Assembly (NCBI RefSeq): GCF_009914755.1 | Contig: NC_060935.1 | DNA length: 64,000 nt | Origin: the human T2T-CHM13v2.0 reference genome, Homo sapiens | Strand: one strand, 5' to 3' | Shown: positions 29,739-43,475 of the stretch, in pieces | Layout: the number at the start of each line of letters is the position of its first letter | How positions within the stretch are numbered: position 1 is the first letter of the stretch | Notes under the pieces: model-generated | What the model saw: only the letters and a program-made list of their open reading frames with translations | Told to the model about the DNA's origin: nothing | Database searches by the model: none | Position numbers and translations under genes: made by a program

Positions 29739-32700
29739 CTGTGGGCAGGATGGACGAGAAGCATGAGCGCGGCCCGGGCCCACACGGGGAAGCAGCTGGC
29801 AGCCCCTCAGGTGTCTGTCCCCACCTTGGGCTGGGTGGGGGGTGAGGGTGGGACACCAGATGGGAGGCAGAGGGGATGGAGGAGGGGAAACACTCCTGGC
29901 AAGACGGGAGAGAAAGAGAGGCATGTGTATGTTTGAGGATGAGGACTTGGCACGCATGAGTGTCTATCAGTAGATACTTGAGAATGGATCTGTGTGTCAG
30001 CTGAGAGAGTCTTTGGCATGTGTGCCACTGTGTGTGTGCCAACATGTATATGTGTGTACATGGAGGGACGGGGCCAGGCCTAGGGACTGCAGGTCGACCT
30101 GCCTGTGTTCCAGTTGTACCCTAGCTTCCTGCCAGTCTTCAGTCCCACTGCAGCTTGAGGGGAGTCAGAGGGTGGGAGACAGCACATGTCAGAGCTGGCA
30201 GGCTGAGCACAGTCAGCCCTAAGGGAGGAAGCAGGAGAGAGGCGGCCGCCAAGAACAGACTCACCCATAGGAAGCAAGGTATAGGGTTAGACCACTAGGG
30301 TCGGGCTGCCTTATGGGGCTTAGTTTTGGGTATATTCTAGGATGTGATTCCTGAGTGTGGGAAGTGTAGGGTGGGGTTAGATTGAAGGAGATTTAGTGCT
30401 CACTCTCAGGGAACGGTGGCAGTGTGGAGGTTCACCCCGTTCTTGGTGTTAGGTGGGGAAAAGTTGGACTTCAATGAGGCCTTTCCATCAGCCTGCAAGG
30501 GTGGGGACAGGAAGGGAGAGAGGTGCATTTGACGAGTCGGGCTTGTTGGCTGATGGCACTGCAGAGTTTGGACATCCCAGGATACCAGGAGTCCAGAGGC
30601 CAGGGTTGGGTGCTGTAAGGAGGGATGTGGGCAGTGGGGAAATATGCTTTTCTGGGATTTTAAGTGAGGACCAAGGTGAGGATTCAGTGGACACTTTGGA
30701 CTGGCAAAGGCAGTTAGGGTTTGGCTAGGGTAGATATAATTGGCATTGGGCTAGGTTAGGTTTAAGGACTGGGTTACTTTAAAAGTTTCAGATTAGTTTA
30801 GACTTGGGATTTGGTTGATTTAGTGCGGTTGAGGTTTGAGTCCAGCAAGGATGTGGTGAGGTCTGGGCAGGCAGAGGGTGAGTTGGAGGGCTGTGACTTG
30901 GTCGGTTTAGGTATCAGATGGGGCGCTGCTTGTCATGTTATGAAGAGCAGGGCTAGTTTGGGTTTTCAGCTTGAATAGGTGTGAGGTCATGAGTGGTTTC
31001 TTTCCTATAGTTCTTTTTTTTTCCTTTTTTTTTTTTTTTTTTTTTGCTGCCACCTTCTCTTCCCACCACCCCTATAGTTCATATTTTATACTCTCAGATT
31101 TTTCTATAATGACATAGGTTGCTTTGATAGGCAGAAATAACTTAGATAGGTATAACGCTTTGCCCATGGTTAGGATGGGATTTGGATTCAAGAAAGAATG
31201 AAGACTAGGTTAGGTCTAATCACAGTGCTGGGGCAGTTTTGGAGAGGGCTAATAACTAGGAAGGATGCAAGACTCCATTTGTATAAAACATCTCTTATGG
31301 AGGACAGGGGTCAGTGAGGACTTCGGCAGTGGCCCACCTGGTCAGTCTGGACTCTTTCAGATGTGTGACTGGCCGGCTTTACTAAGGGAGCGTGGCGGTG
31401 GGGTACCACAAGTCACAGGGTCTTGGTTTGAGGCAAGTGTGAGTGTGTGTACACGCGTGTGTTTTAGGACAGAGAGTAGGGTCAGGCACTCAACTGCTCC
31501 CTGGGGAGACCAGCTCACCCTTTCCTGTCCCCTCTGAGCTTGTGGCTTCCTCCTGGACGCTGCTTTCCTCACTCTTCCTTTCTATCCCCAGCTCTTGCCT
31601 GACTCAGTTCCTTTCTCCTCCCTGCTCCTCACATCTCAACACAACTCCAAGCCTAGGGATCTGGCAGTCACCTCTAGGATCCTATGGGTACAGAGTAGCA
31701 TTAGTTTTGGAGATTGGAGACCTGCTGAATTGGGCAGCGGCCCTCCCAGCCTTGAGGTCGCTTTCAGCATCGAGTCTGGCTTCACTCAAAGTTAGTGGCG
31801 AGACCAAGGGTCCCAACTGAAGCCGGAGCTGGGAGCTAGGCTTCCTTCTTTACCCACATGCTGGCCGGAGTTCTAGGCTCTGCCTTTGTCATGGCCAAGA
31901 GGTACAGTCAGGAACCCAGCTCAGAACTTACCCTCTCCCATTCTGAGCCCTGTGGGACATCCCTAGGGGAGATCAGCTCCCTACACAGGGACAGCAGGGG
32001 GAGAAGCCTTTGGATAGACAAGAACTAAGTCATCTGGGCAGAAAAAAACGGCTCATGAAATTAACCAGACGAGGCCGGTGTTTCCAGGAATATTTCAGTT
32101 CTGAGGTAACTGTGTCGTTGCAGGCTGCGGGTGGGGGGCAGGGGAGAACAGAAGGATCCGACGGCCCACAGAACCAGAAAGAGGGAAGGGTTCTCAGGAA
32201 TCCAGAGGGAGAAGAGGTTAGGAGAAAAGAAAGGGGGGGTAGAAGGACAGGGCTCTGCCCCTGCTATGACAGCTTCCACTCTGGGCAAAGCCATGCCCGT
32301 GTCTCAGGCAGCAGGAGGGAAAGCAGCGTGGGGTGAACACCTGCGGTTTAGTCGTGAGCTTGGGAACCCAACACAGCTCGCCTGCCTCCTGAGGAGAGTG
32401 CGTGGTGGGCTTCCTGGAGCCCTCATCCATCCTCCCTCAGGCTCATGTTGTGCAGGTGGACCCCGGCCACTGGGGCTGTGTCCTAGGTCCCCCTCTCCCC
32501 CTCCCCACCAGTCCTGGCCCCCAGCCCGGCCCCCGCCCCAGCTCTGCCTCTGGCTGCTGCCCACTGATTGTTTACATCCCGTCTTCTCTGTGTGTTTATA
32601 AATCCGGCTGAGCACGTGAGGAGCTAACGAGTACAGCTCACGTTTCCTGCAACAGCCCCCCACCCCCGGCCAGCCCCTAATTCCATCCAGATCCCTGGGC

Positions 32701-34734
32701 CCTAGGAACCAAGGCTCTCCTCATGAACACACACACACACACACACTCTCTCTCTCTTAGCCCAAGGAAGTGACTGGCCACCCAGACAGCTGCACAGGCA
32801 GGCGCACCCGTGAGCACATGTCTTTAGCCACTTTAGCCAGCTGCCCCTCAGTCCCTGGCCTGGACACCCCCAGGCTGACCTTTCCCAGTGAGGGTGAGAG
32901 TTCAGCCATGCAGATGTGCCAGGGTGCTTAGGGTGGTAGGACAAGTCAATGGGAGTCTCTGCACCTGGGACTATAAGAGCTACGCTAAGAACTGTAAGCC
33001 CTAAATGTTGCAGCCAGGGAGGCACTGCAGAGCTCCAGAGGTGGGGCATGGTGGCCTCAGGCTGGGCTGAATATGGGAGCCAGGAGGAAAGGCCAGACCA
33101 GGACCAGCGCTGGCTGCGGTTGGAGGGGTCTGTTGAGGGGAATTGAGGGATGGAGTGGGTTAGGCGGGCAGAGTGGGTGAGGAGTGGGCTAGGGATGGAG
33201 TGGGTGAGGTCCAGGCATTGTGACGGTAGGAAACTGCCCCAGGGGCGTGTCCTGACCTACCTTCCCAGGCAAAGGCCCACAGAAACCCATCTTCCTTCCA
33301 CCCTCTGGGCTGCTGCTTTCCCCTCTCTTACTTATCTCCCTTCTGCCTTTTCCTTGGTTCCTTTTACCCCAGGCCACTGAGAAGTAGCTTGGTGAGTGGG
33401 GACACATGGGCCTGGGAATTGGGAGACCTAGCTTTGCCACCAATTCGTCTGGTGACTGTGGGCTTGCACAAGGAGGTCACATTATGCAAGCTCAATTCCT
33501 CCTAGAGGAAACACACGGGGCTTCATCTCTCCTCTCCTCTCCAGCATCCCCCTTTGTGCCCTTCTCCTCCAGCCTAAATGACAGAGGTCACTGAGGCCCA
33601 GGGGAAGAAGCTGAGGGTGGGCCAGCCCCACTGCCTTATGAAGTCAGTAACCAAGCAAGCGAGACAGGAGTTGGGCTTTGGCTGGAGTGAGAGGGTTCCT
33701 GATTGTGCCACAAGAGGGCCATGGGTGTGCTCAGGGAGGCCAGCGGGGAGCCAGGGGGGAGCCCAGCAGCCCACTGAGAGCCAGAGGCAGGAGGAGCAGT
33801 GAAGGAGGAGTCCAGGGCAGTGGTGGGTGAATTGGAAAGGGTGTTGTTATCAAGAGGGGCGTGGGGGGGGAGGAGAGTGCAGGAGCCAGGTGTGCACAAG
33901 AGGTGGGACGTGGGGAGGAATGTGAAGTGTCAGTGAGCCAGTGGCTGGTGTGCAGGGGTGGCGTGCAGGGGTGGTGTGCAGAAGTGTGACGGACAAGAGT
34001 GTGGGTCTGTGAATGAAGGGGACAGGGAGCCATTGCACCCATCAGCAGTGTCACTTCTGGGGCTGCCGGGTGACAATTGCCATCTCTGCTTCCTCCCCGG
34101 TGGAGCGTGTGGCTCCAGGGCAGCGAGGGTGTCTGAGCTGGCCAGGAGCGCGTCTGGTCTGTTAGGGGAATATGTACTCGCATCCTGTCCGGTGTGAGGG
34201 GCAACGTGTGCTCCCGAGCTGTGGCGGAGGTCAGTCGGGGTCAGTGAAAGCACAGAGGTGTCCCTGGGTTAGGGTCAGAGAAGGAGGACCCAGTAGAGCA
34301 GCGTGCCCAGTGCCCCCCACCCCTAGCCTCTCTCCAAGGCTTAGCCTCCACCCGCCCGTCTCCCCTCCTCTCCTGGTAGCCCCTCACACCCCGGGGGGAG
34401 GGCCAGGCTGGGAGCTGGGGGAACAGGGGTCCTCTGGGATTGGGAGGGTCTGTGGGGAGGGCTCCAGAAGCCCAGCACGGAGTTGTGGAAAGGAAGGCGG
34501 GTGGGGAGAGCAAGCATGAGGGGACCTCTGGCGAGCCCCGGGGACTCTTTCGAAGGTTTCCTTCGAGGGGCTCGGCCGGGAAGCTGCACGGCGGCGGTTG
34601 CCAGCTGGCCCTCCCTGCTGGCGGTGACCTCTCGCTCTGGGACCCCTCCCGGCGCTGCGCCTTCCCCCTGTGTGGCCTCGGCGCCCCCGGCCCCGCCCCC
34701 TCCCGCTCCCGCCCGGTCGCTCCTTCCCCGCGGC

Positions 34735-34762
34735 GGGGGCGGGGGCGGGGGCGGGGGCGGGG
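34735..34762 (+). repeat. (GGGGGC)4GGGG tandem repeat / G-quadruplex motif
   Basis: Read directly from the sequence. Confidence 0.85.
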
Positions 34763-35638
34763 TCCGGGGCACCGGGCTCCGGGCTCTGCCCGGCGCTGCC
34801 CTTTCCCGCGCGTCAACTCCCCTCCTGCCCGGGCTGAGCGGCTGCTCCCGCCGCTCCCTGGCCAGTGACAGACTTTTTCCTGCCGGGTCCGGCCCGGCTG
34901 CGCCAGCCCCCCGCCAAACAATAATCACTCCCAGGCCACGGTGGCCCGGGGGACTCGCGGCCGCCGCCCGCCGCCCCTACCTGCCGCCGGCTCCCCGGCC
35001 GTGGGCACCATGGAGGGTTCCGGCCGCGCGGCGCGTAGCTAGGAAGCCGCGAGTCCCGCGGCGCGGCTCGGCCCGTCCGGCCCGGCCCAGCCAGGCTCGG
35101 CGCTGCCCTCCGCCCTCCTCTCCGCCGCCCGCCCTTCCTCCCGCCCGCCCTCCTACCCCTCCCGGCGGGCCGGGGAGGGAGAGCGGCGCGGCCCGAGGTG
35201 TCGGCCTCCCCTCGCCTCCCGCCGCCCGGCCTCGGGCTCCCCCGGCCTCCCTCCCTCTTCCTCTCCCAGCCCCTCCTCCCACCCGCAGCCTCGCTCCCCG
35301 CCTCGGACTCTCTGGCCCCGACTGGTGCGCGGGGCTCTGGGGCTGCGGCTCCTACGGCCCGCCTCGCTGGGGCTCCAGGTTGCCGCCTCCCCAGGTCTGC
35401 GATCGTCCGGGCTCCCCGCCGCTCCCGGCCACCTCCTGGCCCCGCCGTGCGGACTCCAGGAATGCCGCGTCCCCGCCCGGCCCCTCTCGAGGGCGCCCAG
35501 CCGTGCCTCCCCCGGCCCGAGCCCAGCTCCCTGGCCCGGCCCCGGCGCGGGGCTCCCGGGGGTCAGGGCAGGACGGGAACCGGATCTCGTGGCTGCTTGG
35601 CGGGGCGGGGGTCGGGGCCTCGGCCGCCTGGCTCCTAC

Positions 35639-35654
35639 CTGCTCGGAGGTCCAT
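35639..35654 (-). CDS. CLCF1: CLCF1 coding exon 1
   Basis: ATGGACCTCCGAGCAG|gtagga; MDLRA-G, phase 1. Confidence 0.93.
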
Positions 35655-38600
35655 GGGGCTGGGGCCGGGCCGGCCGGGTGCGGCTCCTCTCCCGGAGGCT
35701 GGCGGAGTGGGAGGGCGAGCCGCGGCTCCGGCGAAGCTTTAATAATCCCATCCGCCAGGCCCACTCGCAGGTTTTTTTCGCTCGGTTTCGGATTTTTTTT
35801 TTTTTTCGGTGTGGGACATTCTGCAAACTTTTTTTTTTTTTTTCTGACGTGTAAAGCTGTAACCACAAATTGTAGCGGCCCTCCCCGGGGTGGGGGTAGG
35901 AGGGGGGAGGAGGGAAGGGAGGGCTTCTGGGGCTCCCTCTCCCTCCCACAGCACCGAGGGGGGGTGAGGTGAGGCGAGGCTGTGGCGGTACCACCCTGGG
36001 CCTCCTGGGGGAGGGGGCGGGGAGGCCATCAGTCCGTCTGAGGACTCCCAGGAGCCGGGGGACAGCGCCGGCTTCGGGTGGGCTTCTCCCCAGGCGTTGG
36101 CCTGGGGACACCGCCCCCTGCCCCCTGTCCCCTGCCCGATGCGGGGTCCCTGATCCAACCTACCTCTGCCTGTGCGAGGTCCCTGCTCCCACCCTACCTC
36201 TGCCTCCTCATCTCTAACCTTCCCTCCTCCTCCCCCTTGAGTAAATGCAATGACACATTCTCCCAAATGCCAGCGAGCTGGCCTGGGAGCAAGTGATGGT
36301 GTTTTTCCTGCTGCCCTTTGTCTGGGCTGACCGCCCCCCCTGCCTATTGTCCCGCCGCTTGTCCCATTTCCAAAAGCTAGAGCTAAGCGAGGCGCTGGGG
36401 CTGGGGCAGGTGACTAACCAGCTCACAATGCCCCCTGCGGGGGAGGAAGAGGGCACTGCAGGCCCACTGCCCGGCCCAGAGGCGAGAAGAGGCCACTTGG
36501 CGGGACTTTTTCCCTCAAGTTCACAAGGTTCTTCATTCTTCCTCCAGTGACCAGGGAGAATGTACATGGGTGGGGGATTTGTAATTCATTAATCAGCACG
36601 AGGCAACGGACCAGTTTCAACACCACAGGCTTCTTGGGTGACTCAGCGGGAATGCTCCGATTCAAGGCGATGGACCGCCCGAGCGTCCCCATTTGTGAAA
36701 TGTTTCCCCATGAAGACCCTGGCATTCTCCTTCCTTTGGGGTTTCGGGTTGTTGGTTTTTCCGGTGGTGAGGTGGGGGTGGCTTAGCGGTGAGGGCTCCC
36801 CCTCCTTCCCGCAGGCCTGGGTTGGGATTTGCTGGGCAGGATACCTGGGGGTATGCCTGGACCCTCCCAGAGGGGGTCCCCTCCTCCCTCTCCAAGGGCT
36901 GCCGGGGAGAACACGCTCAGAGGAGGCAGCTCTAACCCAGGGCTGGGGACTGCCCTGCTTCATGATTTTCCTGGGGGAGAGTCATGTGGTCCCCAAGGCT
37001 TGGGTGCCCTATAGCCACACCACCAATTAAATCACTGGGTAATAAGTTGCTTTTGTTGTTGTTTATTTATTGTTTCAAAGTGGGAGAGGCCAGTGGTGGG
37101 CCAGACCTGGAAGGTGATGCCTCTCCCTGGAGTGGCATCAGAGATTTGTCTCCCACTCCTTCCTGGTGCCCCTGGAATGGGAGGGCACTCTGCCAGTCCA
37201 GCCCCAGCGCCTCCAACCTGTGGCCTGGGCAGGCATCCTGATCATGGCCAGTGCTGGGTCCCAGGGCAGCTCTTCCCTTCTCTGTACCGCGAGCACTGAG
37301 GTGGGGGGGTGGGGGGGGTGGGGAAGAAGTTTGTTTTCAATTACCTCACTGGAGTGGGACAGACTTTGTTGTTGGGTTGGTTTTTTTTTTTCTCTCTCTC
37401 TCTGTCCTTTCTTCCTTTTTTTTTTCCTAAACAAGGAGAAAAAGGGCTGGGAAAGGAGAGCTGGCTTGGGGTGGGGGGCAGGGGACTTTGAGGGACCTCA
37501 GTAGCAGCTCTGATGAAAACTGCCTGGAGGGACCCTTGTGAAAAGTGCTCAGGGCCTACCTCTGCCCCCCCCACCGCCCCCGCACCTCCTCCCTGCCCCC
37601 ACCAGCCAGGACTCTGGAGTTTCAGTGACATTCCTGATGGATGAACCCAGTGATTTCTTGATGCCCATGCCAAGGTCAAGAAGGCAGATGCCCATGGGTG
37701 CATGGCACGGAGGCCAGCCAGGAGGTCCCCCTAGCTGCTACCCTTTCAGAGGGAGGGGGCCAAGAAGGAGGGGAGAGGGAGAAGGGGAGCCGCTTCAGCC
37801 TCTCCCTCCGCCTCGAAGCCGCTCCTTGTGGAGTCTGCACAATGTGGTTTGGATTTGGCTGAGCCCCTCAGCACCTTATAAAGCACCTTGCTGAGTCAGG
37901 GAGAAAGCAGCCCCAGTGTCGGGGGAGCGGAGGGGAGGGGGCGCTGAAGAAAGGGGCGGGGGCGAGAGAAGAGGGGTGAGACCAGAGAAGGGGCAAGACT
38001 GGGAAGGAAAGAGGAGACACAAAGAGGCAAATGGGTGGGAGTGAGAAAGAGGGGAGGAGGGAGCTGGGAGGAAGAGGGGGAAGCAGCGGATGCGGGGAGA
38101 GGAAGACACTGAAGCAGAAGGTGGGAGTGGACAACGCCATCCCCAGCACACATCCACCTGGGGCAGCCAGAAAGCACTGGTTTGCAGGAACTGAGGGCTG
38201 CAGCTCTGAAACAGGGACCCAGGCCAGGTGGGTACAGGGACAATTGGCTTTACACACAGCCCCCCAGTCCCCAGTTTGTCTTTGAATCTTAATGTAGTGA
38301 CCCCGAAAGCTGGGAAAGTTGTGTTCTCCCTCTGCCTCTTGGACTTGCCTCCCTGCCCTCTCCCCTCACCTAGTGGGGGCCAAGCCTCTCCCCTCCCCTC
38401 CCCCACCTTCCACACTGCCAAAGGGAAAAGCAGCTCCATCTCCAAGCTGCCAGTGCCCCTCTGCCATGCCTGGGCAAAGGCAGCAGGCTGGGAGTTGCCA
38501 GTTGGGTTGGGTCGGGGGCTGGAATAAAGACTGTGCCTTTATCCTGCCAAGTCCCTAAATGGGGGTAGCTGCTGGGGTTTGGGGAAGAAGGAAGAGAGGA

Positions 38601-38954
38601 AAGACGGAGCAGGAGTAGCCCCTCCAAGATTTCCGTGGGATGGGGCAGGACAGGTGGCTGCCCTCTGATTTCCAGCTGGAAATCAGGACCTTGGGAAAGT
38701 TCCTGCTCCCCTGTGGCTCTCAAAAAGAATCTTGTTAGGGGCCCTTCCAGTGCTAACAATCTGGGGTTGCTGGTGGGAGGGCACAGCTTAGAGGAGACGC
38801 CAGTCCCCCCAGCTCCAGACAAGCATGGGAAAGAGAAGCGCTCCGTCTGCTCCAGGGGTACATTGTGCAGGCACTTTCTCAGTCTCTGCCAGGTCCTGTT
38901 AAGGACAGAGAGAAGGCAAGGAAAACCCATCCCTGCTTTTAGGAATGTCACAGT

Positions 38955-39235
38955 TGGGGCTTACATCTGTAATCCCAGCGCTTTGGGAAGCCCAGGCAGG
39001 AAGATTCCTTGAGGAATTTGAGACCAACCTGGGCAACATAGAGACCCCATCTCTACCAAAAATTTAAAAATTAGCCCAGCATGGTGGCGCATGCCTATAG
39101 TCCCAGCTAATCAGGTGGCTGAGGCTGAAGGATTGCTTGAGCCCAGGAGTTTGAGGCCGCAGTGAGCTATGACCACTACACATGGTCTTTGTTTCCTGGG
39201 GCAACAGAGCAAGACCCTCTCTCAAAAGAAAAGAA
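38955..39235 (+). mobile_element. Alu (J-like)
   Basis: Alu consensus. Confidence 0.8.
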
Positions 39236-40121
39236 TTCCACAGTCTAGGGACACTCATTAAACTGTCTGACATCAGCCATAGGTGGCAGTGGGTACATTT
39301 AGGGCCAAGGAGGATGGTGGGAGGAGAACTTCCTGGAGGAGGTAGAGCTTTGGGGTAGAAATGTGGATGGATTGAGCTAGAAGAGCAGTGGCAACCACAG
39401 GCAAAGTGCCAAGGTAGCACCAGGTACAGCTCAGTGTTCCCTGCAGCAGGCACAGAGCTACTCTGGGAGTCAGAAAACCTCCATTCCAGTTGGCCAGTGT
39501 GACCTTGGGACAAGCCTGTCCCCTCTCTGTATGATGGGGTCTGACCACCTCTGCCCTCCTCTCCATGGGATGGTGGGAGTAGTCCGTGAGCTGACGAGGG
39601 GCCACTGGCTTGCTGCCTTCTCTGGCCTTTTAGACTCCAGGCTTCACCATCCACAGGGGGGTGGCAGGTCAGGTCCTCAAGAAGTGTGGCTGGCTGGGGG
39701 CCAGAGCTGGCACCAGGTGATGACTGAGCTGCCCTCCAAGGGGGGAGGGTGAGTCAGTGTTGGCTCAGGGACCGGCTAGTGTCCCACCCTTCCTCCCCAC
39801 ATGGTGACATCCCCAAGGAAGGCTCTCCAGGCACCCAAAACACCATGTCGCACACAGCTGCACAATTAGCACTGATGGGACCCTGGCCCAGGGAGTGTCT
39901 GGGTTCCTGAACTAGGGGAGCCTCTAGCTGGCCCCCTCCTGACAGGTGTGTTGGAGAAACCCACAGAGGTGAGTAGGGACACTCACTCATTCATTCATTT
40001 GTTCACCAAACATTCCCTAAGTTTTGGTGCTGGGGACACAGAGAGGAGCCCTAGGGGGTGGGGTGGAGGGGCGGAGGCTGACCTGCGTGTTGGGAGAAGA
40101 GGCAGATGCCTGCTACAGTGA

Positions 40122-40567
<446 letters not shown>

Positions 40568-41356
40568 TAGTTTATTTCATCTTTACAGTAACTCCGAGAC
40601 AGGAGCTATCATTTCCCTACTTATACATGAGGAACCTGAGGCTTCATAAGACAGAGTCACTTGTCTGAGGTCACACAAGCCTGGCAGTGGTAGAACCAGG
40701 ACTGGAACCCAGTGCTATCCAACTTCAGCAACATGCTCTTTTAACTCCACCATGCAGGTGCCAGCCTGGGGAAGAGGGCCAGAGGCACATCTTGAAAAGA
40801 GGAGTCCGGGTGCTGGGAACAGACTTCAGCAACAGCAGGACTTGGTTGAGTGCCCCTGGCTATGAGGCATCTAGCCTGGCACAGCTGGTCTCTTCAGGTC
40901 ACTCAGATGTTGCTTGGGGCATAAAGAGAGTCCTCCAGTGCCTGGAGAGTCCTGGCCTGGAGCACAGGGAGACCTGGGTTTCCTGCCCACCACCGACCCC
41001 TTACGTGAACTGGCAATGTGCAGATGGGCCAGGTGCCTCACATCGTCTTCCCACACTGGAGGGCTCAGCTAGAGCTCTGGATTCCATTAGCAGGGAGTTG
41101 GGAATCCTGGAATGAGCATTAAACTGGGAGTCAGATGACCACCACCCCCGCCAGCAGAACAAGAGCAAGGGCTTCCCTTTGCTTCCTGAGGGCAAAGTGA
41201 GCCCTAGGTAGGTTCAGAGGTCCCACCCAGGACATTCCCTGGGATTCGGCATCCCCAGGAGGAGGCCCTCCTTTCCACTGCCTCGTGTGCACACCCTCCA
41301 GTGTGCGTGTGCAGGCACCACTGGGGCCCCCGAGGGCAGGAGAGGGAAGGAAAGGC

Positions 41357-41359
<3 letters not shown>

Positions 41360-41387
<28 letters not shown>

Positions 41388-41399
41388 CTATGTGTGTAT
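41360..41399. repeat. (TG)n microsatellite
   Basis: Read directly. Confidence 0.9.
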
Positions 41400-42251
41400 G
41401 CACACACTTTCCCTTGCCCTCCAGTAGACAGGAGTCTAGAGGGCCCTGCCTCACCCTAAGCTGGCTGTGATGTCAGCGGAAACCCAGAGGCAGAGGGCCT
41501 CTTCTGACCTCAGCAATGGCCCTACCCTGCCCTGGGTCCCCACCCACACCTGACCCAGCTCAGGCTTCCCAAAGGACTCCCCCCAACACCCCCTGCTTCC
41601 CGGGGAAGCCAGAGAGAAGCTGAGAGGAACGGGGCCTTCTGCCTGTCCCTCTCCTGCCCTAGCTGGGCGCGGCCTCCTCATCTGCCAGGGTGTCTGAGTG
41701 ACGGGTGTGTGGAGGGCAGGGCAGAAGGGATGCCCCCAGGTGCCCCACTCCTCCCTCGCCCACCAGGAGCTTTCCCCGCCGTTCTCCCAGGATGTTCCAT
41801 TGCCCTGGCCAGCCCATGCCGCGGGCTCTGTGACTCCGTCTCCCCTGGCAGAGAAGTGGGGTTGCCTCTCCCTGGGCTGGAAGATCTTTATCCTGCCCTG
41901 CTGAGTCATGCCGGCTCCTCCCGAGCTCTCCTCCCCTCCTACCCCGCTGTCCTCCCCTCTGTCAGGCTTCTCCCAGCTTTCTCCAGACTGTCTGGGCTCC
42001 CGCTCTAGGGGCCCCTGGGGTCAAAGGATGGACACCGCCTTCCCTGGGGCCATCCCAGTGATGGGATGTCCCATCTCACGGGCCTGCCATTCCAGCACCA
42101 CTGGGAGAGTGCCTGCTCCGCCTCCACCAGCTGTGTGACCCCCACCAAGTCTCTAACCCTCCACACCTCTGTTTTCTCCATGTAAAACTGAATGAGGGAC
42201 AACTGAGTGAGTATAGGTCAAATTGCTGGCACTTAGAAGCAATCAATGATG

Positions 42252-42965
<714 letters not shown>

Positions 42966-43292
42966 TAGACCCTTTGTTCTTCTGCCTTCTTCCTGAAGCC
43001 TGTCACTGTCATCCCAGCTCTGCTCCCCACCACAGACTTCACTCTCCAGGGCCCTTGCTGCTCTCCACTTTGTGTTATAAGTGCTCTCTAAGGACCCGTC
43101 TCATCTCTCTCCTCTTTTGTCCCCAAGAGATTCTTGTAGGACTTCAGTGGGTTGAAGAGGGCTGGAGGTGGGAAGGGTGGAGTCTCATGGCACAGTCAGC
43201 TCTGAAGGCATGAGAGAAACCAACCAGTCTTGACCCAGCCCCGTCCTAGGCTTTCAGGTTGTCTAGAAGACATGGGTGGTTTAGGTCTATGA

Positions 43293-43475
<183 letters not shown>

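Larger units (their letters stand above)
26280..35750 (-). other. CLCF1: CLCF1 gene span (cardiotrophin-like cytokine factor 1, IL-6 family); CDS join 35654-35639, 29738-29572, 27742-27248
   Basis: 16+167+495=678 nt gives 225 aa MDLRAGDSWGMLACLC...LHLGAHGF; UTR limits approximate. Confidence 0.95.
34500..36150. promoter_or_regulatory. CLCF1: CpG island over CLCF1 promoter, exon 1 and start of intron 1
   Basis: Very GC- and CpG-dense; TATA-like TTATTAAA (-) near 35738-35745, poly(dA:dT) tracts near 35793-35843, CRE half-site TGACGT near 35845. Confidence 0.85.

Noticed and set aside
35635-35751. Upstream ATG at 35751 (-) opening an out-of-frame ORF overlapping the CLCF1 start
   Set aside because: It lies upstream of the TATA-like TTATTAAA, so probably outside the main transcript; the TSS cannot be fixed from sequence
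34241-36266. Long ORFs (419, 237, 226, 218, 215 aa) over the CLCF1 CpG island
   Set aside because: Pro/Arg/Gly/Ala low-complexity frames open on both strands because GC-rich DNA lacks stop codons; no recognisable domain
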